Origin: a virus
Lineage: Duplodnaviria > Caudoviricetes
IMG/VR virus record: IMGVR_UViG_2791355125_000001
Location: 3,333-67,332 of that record
Strand: one strand, 5' to 3'
DNA: 64,000 nt
The translations under genes and the position numbers were made by a program. Shown piece by piece: positions 1-9,377 of this stretch. Within the stretch, counting starts at the first letter, position 1, and each line of letters begins with the position of its first letter. The notes beneath the pieces were generated by a model. The model searched no databases and was not told where the DNA came from. It saw only the letters and a program-made list of their open reading frames with translations.

Positions 1-841
1 CGGGGATGGAGCCTACGGCCTCGCTGGGTGCCGCCTTGAACTGCGCCAGCGCGCGCATGGTCTCGGGACCGGCCACACCGTCGATCGTCAGGCCGCGCGC
101 CTTCTGGAAGGCCATCACCGCCTTCTTGGTGGTCGGGCCATAATCGCCGTCGACCTTCACCGGATAACCGGCGCGGACCAGGAGGCCCTGCAGTTCGCGC
201 ACCTTGGCGCCCTGCGAGCCCATGCGCAGCATGCCGGAGGCGACCGAGGCAGGAGCCTTTCCAGTCTTGCTCGCATAGGCCTTGGCCATCCGCAGGTGGT
301 AGCCGTCCTTGATGCCGGCCGGGCCGTTGTAGCCGCGGGTGAAGGCGGAAAAGTCCTTGCGCTGCAATTCGTCGACCAGCCCGAAGGCTTCGATGTAGCG
401 CACCATGATCTCGACCTGCCCGGCGACGCTCTCGCGCGCCTTGGCGACAAGCGCGTCGACCGAGGCGAACCGCAGCTTCTGCCAGTGGGCGCCCATGACC
501 TGGCCGACGCCGTAGCTGGCGCTCTCGTAGGCTGCTTGTCGGTTGATGCGCGAGGCGTCGACCAGCATCTGCCAGCGCTTGACCTGCGAGGCCGGATTCT
601 TGATCGCCCCGGCGCGCGGGCTGGCCAGTCCCTTTCTGCGTGCCTCGTCGCGTTCGTCGCCGGTCAGGCGCTGGTCGAAATAGTGCCCCTCCCAGCGGAT
701 CAGCGGTTCCTTGCGGCCCTTGATCAGTTCGAAGGTCCGCCCGTCGCTCTCGATCTCGATCACGGCGAACAGAATGGCATCCTCGACATTGAGGCGCGTG
801 GCATGGGCCCGCACCGCGTTCACGGTCTGCTGGTCGAACAT
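1..841 (-). CDS. Endolysin, N-acetylmuramidase (DUF3380-like) plus peptidoglycan-binding domain; 3' end runs off window
   Basis: Manual translation MFDQQTVNAVRAHA...AVIEIES...IRWEGHYF...SYGVGQVMG...YNGP, then LRMGSQG...VDGDYGPTT...FQ...DGVAGPET; AAGGA SD upstream. Confidence 0.9.
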   Translation of the reverse strand, partial: MFDQQTVNAVRAHATRLNVEDAILFAVIEIESDGRTFELIKGRKEPLIRWEGHYFDQRLTGDERDEARRKGLASPRAGAIKNPASQVKRWQMLVDASRINRQAAYESASYGVGQVMGAHWQKLRFASVDALVAKARESVAGQVEIMVRYIEAFGLVDELQRKDFSAFTRGYNGPAGIKDGYHLRMAKAYASKTGKAPASVASGMLRMGSQGAKVRELQGLLVRAGYPVKVDGDYGPTTKKAVMAFQKARGLTIDGVAGPETMRALAQFKAAPSEAVGSIP

Positions 842-904
842 GGCATGTCCTTGCGGTGATTGAAGGTTGTGTGGGGCGGAATAGATTCAGGCGAAGGAGG
901 TTCA

Positions 905-1072
905 ATGAACCCGAAGCCAGACCCCGAACGCGACGATGGCTACCGCCGCTGGCCCTACTGGATCATGCTAGGAATCGTGGCGGTCTTCATCGTCTGGGCA
1001 CTGCTATCCATGGGTGGGGACCGCATGTCGGCTGTCACGAAGTCAGGTGACGTCCCGCAAAGAGTGGAATGA
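905..1072 (+). CDS. Small single-pass membrane protein (moron)
   Basis: AAGGAGG SD; hydrophobic stretch WPYWIMLGIVAVFIVWALL. Confidence 0.65.
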   Translation: MNPKPDPERDDGYRRWPYWIMLGIVAVFIVWALLSMGGDRMSAVTKSGDVPQRVE

Positions 1073-1178
1073 CGCCACCGTGGCGCGTGATCGTTACCGG
1101 TTAAGGTTACGTTGGGGCTGGTGCGGCGCAGCGTTGTTGGAGCTGGTATAAGTCCCTAATCCCCGACCACCGTCGGGT

Positions 1179-1238
1179 CAGGCCCGGCCCTCGCAGACCC
1201 ACAAGCCACACTTCTGCAGGAGGCCGGGCCAACTTGCT
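1179..1238. repeat. Hairpin element A (GGCCCGGC...GCCGGGCC, C/A-rich loop); imperfect direct repeat of 1527-1590
   Basis: Self-complementary ends; shares caggcccggc..tcgcag..ccc..tgcaggagg.cgggcca.cttgct with copy B. Confidence 0.6.
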
Positions 1239-1309
1239 TTTGCGGTGAGCCCGAACCCAGCAACTGACAATGCGTGTTCTTACGCGTGAATCGGCGCTAC
1301 TACTGGCGC

Positions 1310-1399
1310 ATGAACACTCGCCACATTCTGCTGCTGGTTTGCATCGCCTTGATCGCTCTACTCGCGATCTACCTCATTGCACCGGTCGGCATGCCGTAG
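1310..1399 (+). CDS. 29-aa hydrophobic peptide MNTRHILLLVCIALIALLAIYLIAPVGMP
   Basis: Manual translation, below ORF-track cutoff; single TM helix; no clear SD. Confidence 0.5.
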   Translation: MNTRHILLLVCIALIALLAIYLIAPVGMP

Positions 1400-1526
1400 C
1401 TGAATGCCACGGAATCGACTGTGACCGCTGTGAGGCGTGATTGTTGCTGTTAATTCTGTGAAAGAGTCCGTCTGCTGCGATCTTGCCGCTGCTATGAATG
1501 TCGAGCCTCGATTCACCCAATCGGGG

Positions 1527-1590
1527 CAGGCCCGGCTTTTCGCAGGCCCCCCACACCCCCTAGCCTTGCAGGAGGTCGGGCCACCTTGCT
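1527..1590. repeat. Hairpin element B, homologous to element A
   Basis: ggcccggc...gtcgggcc stem with C-rich loop. Confidence 0.6.
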
Positions 1591-1799
1591 GATTATGATC
1601 GGTTTTGCCGATGAGGGGATGAGACCCGGAACCGGTCTGCAGCTGACGGGCAAGCGACTGGCTCCGAGTCTCATGCTGCTTCGGGGGGCAGCGATTAATA
1701 GTTGCCGAAAGATGCCGAGCGGCACAACGCGATCGTAGGATAAGCCAGCACGTCCATTTGTGTTAGGCGAAGGCAACCACTTTCCGGTTTCCGCAAGTG

Positions 1800-2831
1800 T
1801 TAGACGACTTCCAGCCCTATTTGCGCGGCGTTGACGCCGGCTGCGGTCCAAGCGGCCGAGGTGCTCGGGTCCGTCATGAAAGCCTGCTGGATGTTGCGGT
1901 AGGCGGTGCCGCCGATCTCCACCGTGTCGCCGTTTGCGGTCGAGGTAGAGCGCTTGGCCTTGGCACGGACGTTGATTGTGCCGCCACCTTCGGCTCGCAC
2001 GTGGCTATTCACGACCACCGCCGTGATCGTCGTCGGCGTCGTTGCAAGGTCGGCGAAGTTGTACAGGTCTATGGTGCCGGACGTACCGGTATAGACATAG
2101 GACGTATCCCCATCCGCCGCGGTCTCGGCCACCGCCTGCCAGTTTGTTGCCGCGCCGAAGCGCTGCATAGCTGCACTATCGCCAGCTGCGTTCGGGCGCA
2201 GCGTGTCAATCTGGCGAACGCCAATTGGCGATGTAGTCGGGCCGGAGCCGGCGACGTTGTCCCAGGTAAACGTGTCGTCCACTATGATAGCCGCGCCGAT
2301 GGAGCGATAGCTGATCCGCGCCGTGCCGTTGTTTGAGGTATTTGGCCCGCCAACAACACCGGTGAGCACCTGTGTGCCATCAACCCAGACGGAATAGGAT
2401 CCAAGCGTAATGGCATTGGACTTTGACAACGAAACCTCGATGTGATGCCAGGAGTTGTCGCAGATATTTGCGGTCGAAACGCTGCCTATGACGGTCGCGG
2501 ATGTCGCTAGGCCAAGCGTCCCATCGGACCCGACCGCTAGCCCGCCGGTGAGGGTGCCTACATCATCGGTGAACAGCATGAAAGCCTGTGCGCTGGATGG
2601 CGCGCTGGAGATCTTCACCCAAAACATGTGATAGGTGACGGTCGTGGCATTCGAGGATGTCCGATAGGACTTGGTGATCAAATTACCAGCCGCGCCGGTG
2701 TTCTTGATACACCCGCCGCCGTTGACGCCCTCGCTGCCGTTCCATGTCCAGCCTGTGCCGATAGTCCAGCCCTTGTTGGCGAGGTCGGCCGTTGCCGCGC
2801 AGCTGTCGAATCCGTCCGCAAATCTGTACAT
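1800..2831 (-). CDS. Virion adhesin subunit: LamG/ConA-like domain plus C-terminal beta-sandwich
   Basis: True start MYRFADGFDS overlaps upstream stop (TAATG); WHHIEV..VWVDGTQV LamG-like motif; ends DPSTSAAWTAAGVNAAQIGLEVV. Confidence 0.8.
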   Translation of the reverse strand: MYRFADGFDSCAATADLANKGWTIGTGWTWNGSEGVNGGGCIKNTGAAGNLITKSYRTSSNATTVTYHMFWVKISSAPSSAQAFMLFTDDVGTLTGGLAVGSDGTLGLATSATVIGSVSTANICDNSWHHIEVSLSKSNAITLGSYSVWVDGTQVLTGVVGGPNTSNNGTARISYRSIGAAIIVDDTFTWDNVAGSGPTTSPIGVRQIDTLRPNAAGDSAAMQRFGAATNWQAVAETAADGDTSYVYTGTSGTIDLYNFADLATTPTTITAVVVNSHVRAEGGGTINVRAKAKRSTSTANGDTVEIGGTAYRNIQQAFMTDPSTSAAWTAAGVNAAQIGLEVV

Positions 2832-4306
2832 TAGGTAACGCTCCTTATGATCTCGACATAGGTCTGGGTCTTGCGAACAACGCCCGGATATTTCGCCACG
2901 ACTTCCGCATAGGTCTGGGTGTTGCGGAGCCTGCCGGGCTGCTTGGCGATGATTTCGGCATAGCTTTGAGTGTTGCGAACTCGGCCCGGCTGCTTGGCGA
3001 TGATTTCGGCATAGGTCTGGGTGTTCACTGCGGCATTCGCCGAGACCGGGAAGCCCAGATCCTCGAACCGGTTGATGGTGATCGCGAAGACGCCCTTGTC
3101 CGAATTGGTGAAATAGCCGCCGGGGCCGAACTGCAGAGCCGACACGGGATCGGCGAGCGGGACCGGCACGGCGGCGGTGTATTCCACGCCCCATGTCACC
3201 CCATCCGCCGAAGATGACAGCGCGTAGGTCTTGCCGTTGGAGGAAATCGCCAGCTTCAACCAGTTCGGCCCGTCCTTGGCGCCGTGAGCGGCTAGGCCGT
3301 CATTGGTGGCGGTGAACTGGTTTGCCTTGCGGAAATCGCCGTAGATCTTCGACCGCAGCATCTTGGCCGGATTGGCACCGTCGCCGCGCAAGCCCACCAT
3401 GTGGAAGTTGTTGCCGGACTTGAAGGCGAAGCCGATCGCCGCCTCTCGGCCCTGCTTGTTCATGCCAGACCAGTCGGCCTGGTACTTCATGATGTAGACA
3501 GAGCCTGGCTTGGGAATGTCCCAATCGCGCAGGAAGGTGGCCGAGCCGCCGTTCTTGCCGGTGATCTTCAGGCCGTCTTGCGTGACCTGCTGGACCGGGG
3601 GGCTTTCATAACCACCGCTGTCGGTCTCCGGGTCCGTTGGGTTTGGCACGATGATCTCGCCACCGTCGCCGCCGATTCCGGGGTCTACTGGTGGTGGTGT
3701 ATCGACCGCCTGAATGGTCAGCGCGAAATCCTGCTGACAGGACGTGCCCCAGGCATCTGTCACCTTGAGCCGGAAAGGATAGCTACCACTAGCCGAGAAA
3801 GCCAAGGCAAGGTGCAACTCCTTGCCGTTCTTGATGGTCAACTTTCCGCCGGGATCAGAGACAATGGCAAAGCTCGCCGCCGGGTCCTTGCCGCCGATCA
3901 TGAACATGGTGGCGATCAGGCCGAGCGCCGCATCCTGTCGCGCTGTGTCAGTGGAGAGCGCGATTCCCGAGAGCGCTGGAACAACGGCATCCGTCGGCTC
4001 TGATATCGCCGTGGCCTGCCCGCCTGCCGAGATGGCAGTGACGGCCACGCGCATCCCGAAGCCTTGTTCGGCCTCTGTCGGCTGATAGGTCGCGGCATTC
4101 GCGCCATCGATCTCGACGCCATCGCGGCGCCACTGAAAGGCAAAGCTGTCGATGCTGGAGCCCTTGCCGTCCCATTGGCCTGTATTGGCCGCCAGCTTCT
4201 TGCCAACGTAAGGCGTGCCTGCGATCTGCGGCGAAGCCAGGTTTTCGGGCGGATTCTTTCGACCTCCGCCGCGAGCGCAGCCGAGCCCTAATGTCAGACC
4301 GAGCAT
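2831..4306 (-). CDS. Probable head fibre/scaffold: GLGL anchor, Ig-like, cadherin-like and lectin-like domains, 4 C-terminal repeats
   Basis: N-term MLGLTLGLG; FQWRRDG..I.GA.AATY Ig motif; Y.FRLKVTDA.G....FALTI cadherin-like motif; TQ.YAE repeats. Confidence 0.75.
   Translation of the reverse strand: MLGLTLGLGCARGGGRKNPPENLASPQIAGTPYVGKKLAANTGQWDGKGSSIDSFAFQWRRDGVEIDGANAATYQPTEAEQGFGMRVAVTAISAGGQATAISEPTDAVVPALSGIALSTDTARQDAALGLIATMFMIGGKDPAASFAIVSDPGGKLTIKNGKELHLALAFSASGSYPFRLKVTDAWGTSCQQDFALTIQAVDTPPPVDPGIGGDGGEIIVPNPTDPETDSGGYESPPVQQVTQDGLKITGKNGGSATFLRDWDIPKPGSVYIMKYQADWSGMNKQGREAAIGFAFKSGNNFHMVGLRGDGANPAKMLRSKIYGDFRKANQFTATNDGLAAHGAKDGPNWLKLAISSNGKTYALSSSADGVTWGVEYTAAVPVPLADPVSALQFGPGGYFTNSDKGVFAITINRFEDLGFPVSANAAVNTQTYAEIIAKQPGRVRNTQSYAEIIAKQPGRLRNTQTYAEVVAKYPGVVRKTQTYVEIIRSVT
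2834..3028 (-). repeat. Four tandem ~51-bp (17-aa) repeats NTQTYAEIIAKQPGRV
   Basis: VNTQTYAEIIAKQPGRV / RNTQSYAEIIAKQPGRL / RNTQTYAEVVAKYPGVV / RKTQTYVEIIRSVT. Confidence 0.95.
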
Positions 4307-4322
4307 GATTATCCTACAGCGT

Positions 4323-4403
4323 TCAGGAGGATGGATTGGGCGGAGTGCCGGCGGCCGGCGGCCTTGTCAGGCCGAGACCGAGGCCGAGGGAGAGCCCGCG
4401 CAT
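4323..4403 (-). CDS. 26-aa anchor-only peptide MRGLSLGLGLGLTRPPAAGTPPNPSS
   Basis: ATG overlaps upstream stop (TGATG); same GLxLGLG motif as the next gene's N-terminus. Confidence 0.6.
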   Translation of the reverse strand: MRGLSLGLGLGLTRPPAAGTPPNPSS

Positions 4404-4708
4404 CACGCTGCCGCCACGGCCACTTTTTCGCCGGCCGAGACATTGAACTGATAGGGCATGCCGGCGGCCAGTTTGCGCGCGGCCCGCGTGCCGTCTGGCA
4501 GGGCCGAGACCGTCGGCGTGGCGCCGATCGCCACCCAACAGTCGACATCGGCCAGGAGCTCGACGATCTCCTCCGGCGCCTTCGCCGAAAGGGTGCCGTT
4601 GCCGGGCATGGTGACGGTTTCAGTCCTGACGCTCGCACCGCGCGCCACAGGGGCAACGTAATGGCGGGAGGCATCAATGCACGAATAGGTGATGACCAGC
4701 GTGGCCAT
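4403..4708 (-). CDS. Small beta-rich virion protein, candidate head-spike base
   Basis: AGGAG SD; 101 aa beta-rich; lies directly upstream of GLGL-anchor genes. Confidence 0.6.
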   Translation of the reverse strand: MATLVITYSCIDASRHYVAPVARGASVRTETVTMPGNGTLSAKAPEEIVELLADVDCWVAIGATPTVSALPDGTRAARKLAAGMPYQFNVSAGEKVAVAAA

Positions 4709-4737
4709 GGGCTACTCCTGTTGCGATGTGAATGGGG

Positions 4738-5439
4738 TCAGGCAGTGAGGGCTGGGAGGCCGGCAGGTGCGACTGCCGGATAGAGCGTGATCGAGTGAAC
4801 CCAGGCATCATCCAAGATGCTGGTGTCGTCGCCATCGTGGAAAAGCGTAATCGTGTTGACGGGCGACAAAGGCGCGTAGTCGACGGTCATGGTCTCGGCG
4901 ACACTGCCATCGCTCGAGACGGCATATTCGAAATCTCCATCAGCCCGACGGGCGAAGGTGAACGCGATCTTGTGTAGGCCTGCCGTGGTCAGCGAACCGG
5001 CGCCAGCGCTGAGCTCGATGTCTTCTTGATCCTGAACATAGGCGGCACCGCCGAAAATAGTGCCGGAGACCCATTCCGTCGCAGCATTCGCGCCAGCGGC
5101 ATCCATGAGATGGATGAACGAGCCATATGGGTCGTCCTGGAACTGGATCTCGAAGACCACCGTGCAACCCGCCGCGAGGCCCGCTGCAATGTCATCGAAC
5201 AGCGGGCCAATTGCGTTCGGCCGGTTGGGGCTGGTGTTGTCGACATACATGCCCATCGACGGGTCAATGGACACAGGGAGGAACGCGCCGCCCAAGATCG
5301 TGTCGACCGTCCTGCTCTGCCCGCCGGCGAAGTAATTCCCGCCGATGAAATTGAGATGGGCGACTGCCCCTTCCGGTATCCAGCCCGGATCGCCGCCGCC
5401 CAAGCCGTTCATCATCTGCGCGGAAAGAGCCGGGATCAT
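4738..5439 (-). CDS. Tail-fibre tip adhesin, ConA/LamG-like
   Basis: Start MIPALSAQ (ATGA overlap); HKIAFTF..AVSSDG..ITLYP motifs. Confidence 0.6.
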   Translation of the reverse strand: MIPALSAQMMNGLGGGDPGWIPEGAVAHLNFIGGNYFAGGQSRTVDTILGGAFLPVSIDPSMGMYVDNTSPNRPNAIGPLFDDIAAGLAAGCTVVFEIQFQDDPYGSFIHLMDAAGANAATEWVSGTIFGGAAYVQDQEDIELSAGAGSLTTAGLHKIAFTFARRADGDFEYAVSSDGSVAETMTVDYAPLSPVNTITLFHDGDDTSILDDAWVHSITLYPAVAPAGLPALTA

Positions 5440-5999
5440 TCTTCCGGCTCCGGGGCAAGCCAGCCGGTGACTTCCCATTCGTTAGTCGCCACCTTCTTCA
5501 AACTCACGGTGGCGCCCTGTTGTGCCGTCTGGTGCAGGAAGCCGCGAACTGGATGGATGAGCACGCCCGCTGCGCCAATGAAGCTCACCGGCCCGTCGGC
5601 GACCTGCCGGAAAGAGATTTCGGTGTCGACCGTAAAGGCAACGCTGGCATTCGTCGGAACGGTGACGACACAGCCGCCGGCATTGGTGCAGCGCTTGTAG
5701 CAGTTGCTGTCGGTCAGCACCGGAGCAAATGTCGCCGCGGCCACCAGCCCCACGACGCTCGGCCGGAAGTTGGCCTGGGGCAAGGTGAAGGGTCCGAACT
5801 GACGCCCATCCTCCAGAAATATCTTCATTTGAGTGCCAGAGACATCGATATTGGAGATGTTCACCGGCGCAGGGATGTCAGCAAGGAGTTCGGCGACCCG
5901 CTGGGTCAGGCCCCAGAAATTCGCGTCGACCTCGCCCGGGGTCAGGTTGCTTCCCTTGCCGAGCCCCCAAGGCCCGTCAGTGCGGTAGACTTCAGTCAT
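5436..5999 (-). CDS. Short tail fibre/adaptor protein
   Basis: GKGSNLTPGEVDANF N-term; VTVPTNASVAF..ISFRQ..ATVSLKKVATNEWEVTG fibre C-terminal domain. Confidence 0.7.
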   Translation of the reverse strand: MTEVYRTDGPWGLGKGSNLTPGEVDANFWGLTQRVAELLADIPAPVNISNIDVSGTQMKIFLEDGRQFGPFTLPQANFRPSVVGLVAAATFAPVLTDSNCYKRCTNAGGCVVTVPTNASVAFTVDTEISFRQVADGPVSFIGAAGVLIHPVRGFLHQTAQQGATVSLKKVATNEWEVTGWLAPEPEE

Positions 6000-6682
6000 G
6001 AATCACCTTCAGGCGGTTCGTATTGGAACAGCAGCCACATTTCGAAGCTATCGCCGCCACCAGGTCCTTCGATAAGGGTATTTCCCACACCGATGCCCGG
6101 GAAATTGTGTCGGGCAGCAGCACCGACGAAATTAAATGTCCGCCCACTCAGCACGGCTGTCGTCGGCGTTATCACTTGGCGCTCGGCAATGAGCGCACCG
6201 CTGAGATAGCCATCGATCGACGGCGCCCCAGCAAGGAACGAGATGCCGCCATCGCGCGGCAGCGGCATGATCGCCTCGCCAGTCGGATTGCGCCACCGAA
6301 AGGTATCGACGGTTGGATCATATGGCGGCCAATACCAATGCACCTGGAGGGTTTCCAGATTGATGTCGCCGTAGTCAGGAAGTCCGTTCACCTCGATATC
6401 GAAGAGTATCGGCTTCCAGCCGCGCCCTTCATAATAGAGGTGAGTGTCCCAGAAAGTGATGCGATGCGGGCCAGCGGCAGGCGCTGGCGGCGGCGGATAG
6501 GACGGCCCCCAATATGACGGCGCAAACCCGCCGGGTTCTGGGGTAGTCGCATTTACCGGCCTGACCCGCAACGCCACCGCCAGATGCGTCGGAGATGGGT
6601 CATCCTTGCGCCAATGCACCTCGACGATACGCCGGAACGGGCCGAGATTGACCGGCTGGGAAGCAGAGCCGTAGCCGGTCAT
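5996..6682 (-). CDS. Tail-associated protein
   Basis: Coupled by ATGA overlaps within the tail operon. Confidence 0.6.
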   Translation of the reverse strand: MTGYGSASQPVNLGPFRRIVEVHWRKDDPSPTHLAVALRVRPVNATTPEPGGFAPSYWGPSYPPPPAPAAGPHRITFWDTHLYYEGRGWKPILFDIEVNGLPDYGDINLETLQVHWYWPPYDPTVDTFRWRNPTGEAIMPLPRDGGISFLAGAPSIDGYLSGALIAERQVITPTTAVLSGRTFNFVGAAARHNFPGIGVGNTLIEGPGGGDSFEMWLLFQYEPPEGDS

Positions 6683-7164
6683 CGAGGATAGCTGATGTTC
6701 AACCGGATGTAGTCTCCGGTGTCGCGCTGGCGGAACATGACCGACGTATCCCGTTCATTCATGACGTACTGTTCGGGATCATCTGGATTCTCGACGCGCA
6801 CCACTTCTACGGTGCGCGACACGAAGTCGTAGTCCCTGATGATAGCATCCGCAGGTGGGTCTTCCGGCTTCTCGTCGCTTGATGTCTGGGCGACAATGCT
6901 CACCGTCTTAGGCGCCTCGGCATCCAGTTGCCCCGGCTTGCCGAAGCGGAAATCGGCCTCCAGATCCTCGACGACCGGGGGGCGCTTGGCCGCCAGCCGC
7001 TTCAGCACATCTTCCGGTAGGCCGGTGCGATTGATCTTCTCGATCGGCGTGCTGGTCAGTGCGGACTGACCGCCGAAGGACATGGACGGATATTTGGGCC
7101 TCGTGGACGTGTAGCTGCTGCCACCGCCCGAACTGATGCCGAGGTTCGATGCAAACTCACCCAT
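6679..7164 (-). CDS. Tail-associated protein
   Basis: Coupled ORF; RTVEVVRVENPDDPEQYV motif. Confidence 0.6.
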   Translation of the reverse strand: MGEFASNLGISSGGGSSYTSTRPKYPSMSFGGQSALTSTPIEKINRTGLPEDVLKRLAAKRPPVVEDLEADFRFGKPGQLDAEAPKTVSIVAQTSSDEKPEDPPADAIIRDYDFVSRTVEVVRVENPDDPEQYVMNERDTSVMFRQRDTGDYIRLNISYPR

Positions 7165-8930
7165 CAGACCGCACCCGCCTCGAGATCGATTGTCTTCGGC
7201 GCCATTAGGTCGCTAACCGTGATCGGATATTCGGTCTCGAACGGCCCGCCCTTGAGCGGTTTCAGCGAGCAATAGACTTCGGTATAGACCTCGTTGAGCG
7301 CTTCCTTGGCCCCTTCCAGGTCTCCCGGGAACTCGGCAATCACGTCACGCTGGATCGACTCGCCGTTGTAAACCGCGATGTCTAGGATCACGTCGTCGGC
7401 GCGAAGGTTGAAGAAATCCACGCCATCGTCATTCGGCGCGATGTTGCCGAACTCAGCATAGGTCACCTCGCCGGCAATCGGCATTACCGTGGCATCCGCC
7501 CGAACCTGCCAGCCATCCTCAACATAGCCCTCTTCGACGTAGCTCGGCGTGCCGGGAACGGTGGTGACCGTGTTGCCGCGGCCGATGGTGCAACCCATGG
7601 TGACCGAGGCCGAAAACTCACCACTGTCGCCGTCACCGGACAGTGAATAGGCGATGATCTTGCCGCTGGCCCGACCGCCGGGAAGACGATCGTCGATGAT
7701 GCTGGCATTCTTCCGGCAGGACAGATCAAGCCCATCCTCGAACGGCATGGCGAAGCTGATCTCGACGGCCCGCGACCGAACCAGAAGCTGGGCGCGCGCC
7801 AGGCAGATCAGATATTCCAGGCTGCGCCGGCCGCGCTCGGTCGGCAGATAGGCCCGCCGCCGCAGGTCGCCGATCGGGATCACGCCGTCGGGATGATCGG
7901 TGTCGGCGGGATCGACAGGATTGCCAACATCATCGCTGGCAACTGCGATTTTCAGGATCTCCTCGTCACCCGGCTCGGTCAGCAACGCTTGGCAGTCGGC
8001 ATGCAGCGTAAACTTCACCCGCTCCACCCGCTTGCGCGTCACGTCATACCGGGCAGTGAGTACAGGCTTCAGGGTCCAGAGCGGGAACTTCGCCACGCCA
8101 TTGAACCACTCGAAACTCTGGAACGACAGAGGCGAAACAGTCCCGTCCAACCGCTCGACGCTGCAGGGGCCAAACTCCCAGCCGCCGCCGATGCGCCGGC
8201 CTTCCTGCGGCCAGTCGCGCATGAGCCCTTCGCCGGTAAGCGTGGTGATCGAATAGCCGTTGCCGGCACCCGCTGCCCGCGCTGCTCTCGCCAACCGTGC
8301 GGTCAGATCAATGTTGCCGGCCGCGATCTGGTCCCAGCTTAGTTCGGCCTCGACCTCAACCTGCCGGGCTGGCGGCGAGGAAAGGCGCACATCGAGGCTG
8401 TCGCGGAAGAAGTTGCCGCCGACCTCGATCGTACCGTCTTCCCCGGCAAGGATGTCGGACACGGTCAGGTCGTGGGTGATGCGGTCGATATGCCAAAGCT
8501 GGGTGCGCGACTCCAGAACGCTGTCTGGATCGTCGCGGCGATCCTCGCGCACGAAGATCGGATCCCAATAGGGCCGCACCTTCAGCGTTTCGGCCAGCGC
8601 CTCCTTGGTGGCGTCGAAACCTTGCGGCCTAGCGGTAAAGGTCAGCCGGACCGCGTCTTCGTGAATGGCCTCCGGCACGCCTACAAGACGGCCAAGAAAC
8701 AGCTCTCGCGCCCCACCGGCCGGGTTTGCATCATCGGTCCAGGAAAACCACAGCCACACCTCTCGACCAGACGCGAGAAGACCAATCCGCGGGTTGCGAA
8801 TGTCAAGCGCCAAGCTGGCGAAGTCACCCTCGGCGTGGGTGATTTCGAACGCAAGGACGTCCTCATCCTCGCGCACATGTTCGGGTCCGAAGGTGGTTTC
8901 GGACGGATCAACCCAAGCGACATGAAACAC
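7164..8930 (-). CDS. Tail tip hub/baseplate protein
   Basis: 588 aa, second gene after the tape measure gene. Confidence 0.65.
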   Translation of the reverse strand: MFHVAWVDPSETTFGPEHVREDEDVLAFEITHAEGDFASLALDIRNPRIGLLASGREVWLWFSWTDDANPAGGARELFLGRLVGVPEAIHEDAVRLTFTARPQGFDATKEALAETLKVRPYWDPIFVREDRRDDPDSVLESRTQLWHIDRITHDLTVSDILAGEDGTIEVGGNFFRDSLDVRLSSPPARQVEVEAELSWDQIAAGNIDLTARLARAARAAGAGNGYSITTLTGEGLMRDWPQEGRRIGGGWEFGPCSVERLDGTVSPLSFQSFEWFNGVAKFPLWTLKPVLTARYDVTRKRVERVKFTLHADCQALLTEPGDEEILKIAVASDDVGNPVDPADTDHPDGVIPIGDLRRRAYLPTERGRRSLEYLICLARAQLLVRSRAVEISFAMPFEDGLDLSCRKNASIIDDRLPGGRASGKIIAYSLSGDGDSGEFSASVTMGCTIGRGNTVTTVPGTPSYVEEGYVEDGWQVRADATVMPIAGEVTYAEFGNIAPNDDGVDFFNLRADDVILDIAVYNGESIQRDVIAEFPGDLEGAKEALNEVYTEVYCSLKPLKGGPFETEYPITVSDLMAPKTIDLEAGAV

Positions 8931-8933
8931 GGG

Positions 8934-9377
8934 CTAGACCTCTGCAAGATCGAGGGACCAGCCGACCTCGGCGCCCCATTCGTCCGTGCTGATGCTGTAG
9001 TCGGCCACCAGCATGACCAGGCGCGGGCGGTAGAAGGTGAATGCGCCTTCCACACGGATGGCCTCGTCGTCCGTTGTTGACGCCAGAGGGCGCGCTGGGG
9101 CGCCGCCGGCCGTGAGGTAGGACAGTTCCGCCACACAGTCGACGACGAGCTCCATGCCCGGCCAGACGCCACTGAGCGCGGGGTGCTGCTGATCGGTGCA
9201 GGTGATGGATGACCGGAACTTGCGAAAGCCGGCAAACGACAGGTCGATCAACTTGCCGTTGACGGTGCGGCGCATTGCCGAAGCGCTGTCGATCGGCCCG
9301 AGCGTCTGCGATATGCCCCGAGCCGAATATGGCGGCACGCTGATGGGTGACAGCCGGAGAAGCGTCGATTCGAACAT
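8934..9377 (-). CDS. Distal tail (Dit-like) protein
   Basis: Directly after TMP; RRTVNGKLIDLS motif. Confidence 0.65.
   Translation of the reverse strand: MFESTLLRLSPISVPPYSARGISQTLGPIDSASAMRRTVNGKLIDLSFAGFRKFRSSITCTDQQHPALSGVWPGMELVVDCVAELSYLTAGGAPARPLASTTDDEAIRVEGAFTFYRPRLVMLVADYSISTDEWGAEVGWSLDLAEV

Noticed and set aside
1092-1110. CtrA site in the left moron slot
   Set aside because: Only one TTAA half-site, with wrong spacing
2832-3194. N-terminal extension of ORF 1800-3194 (similarly 14297-15238 and 12408-13241)
   Set aside because: Overlaps upstream genes; coupled downstream ATGs give better starts
1800-6682. Diversity-generating retroelement or shufflon acting on the adhesins
   Set aside because: No reverse transcriptase, no TR/VR pair and no invertase near the fibre genes
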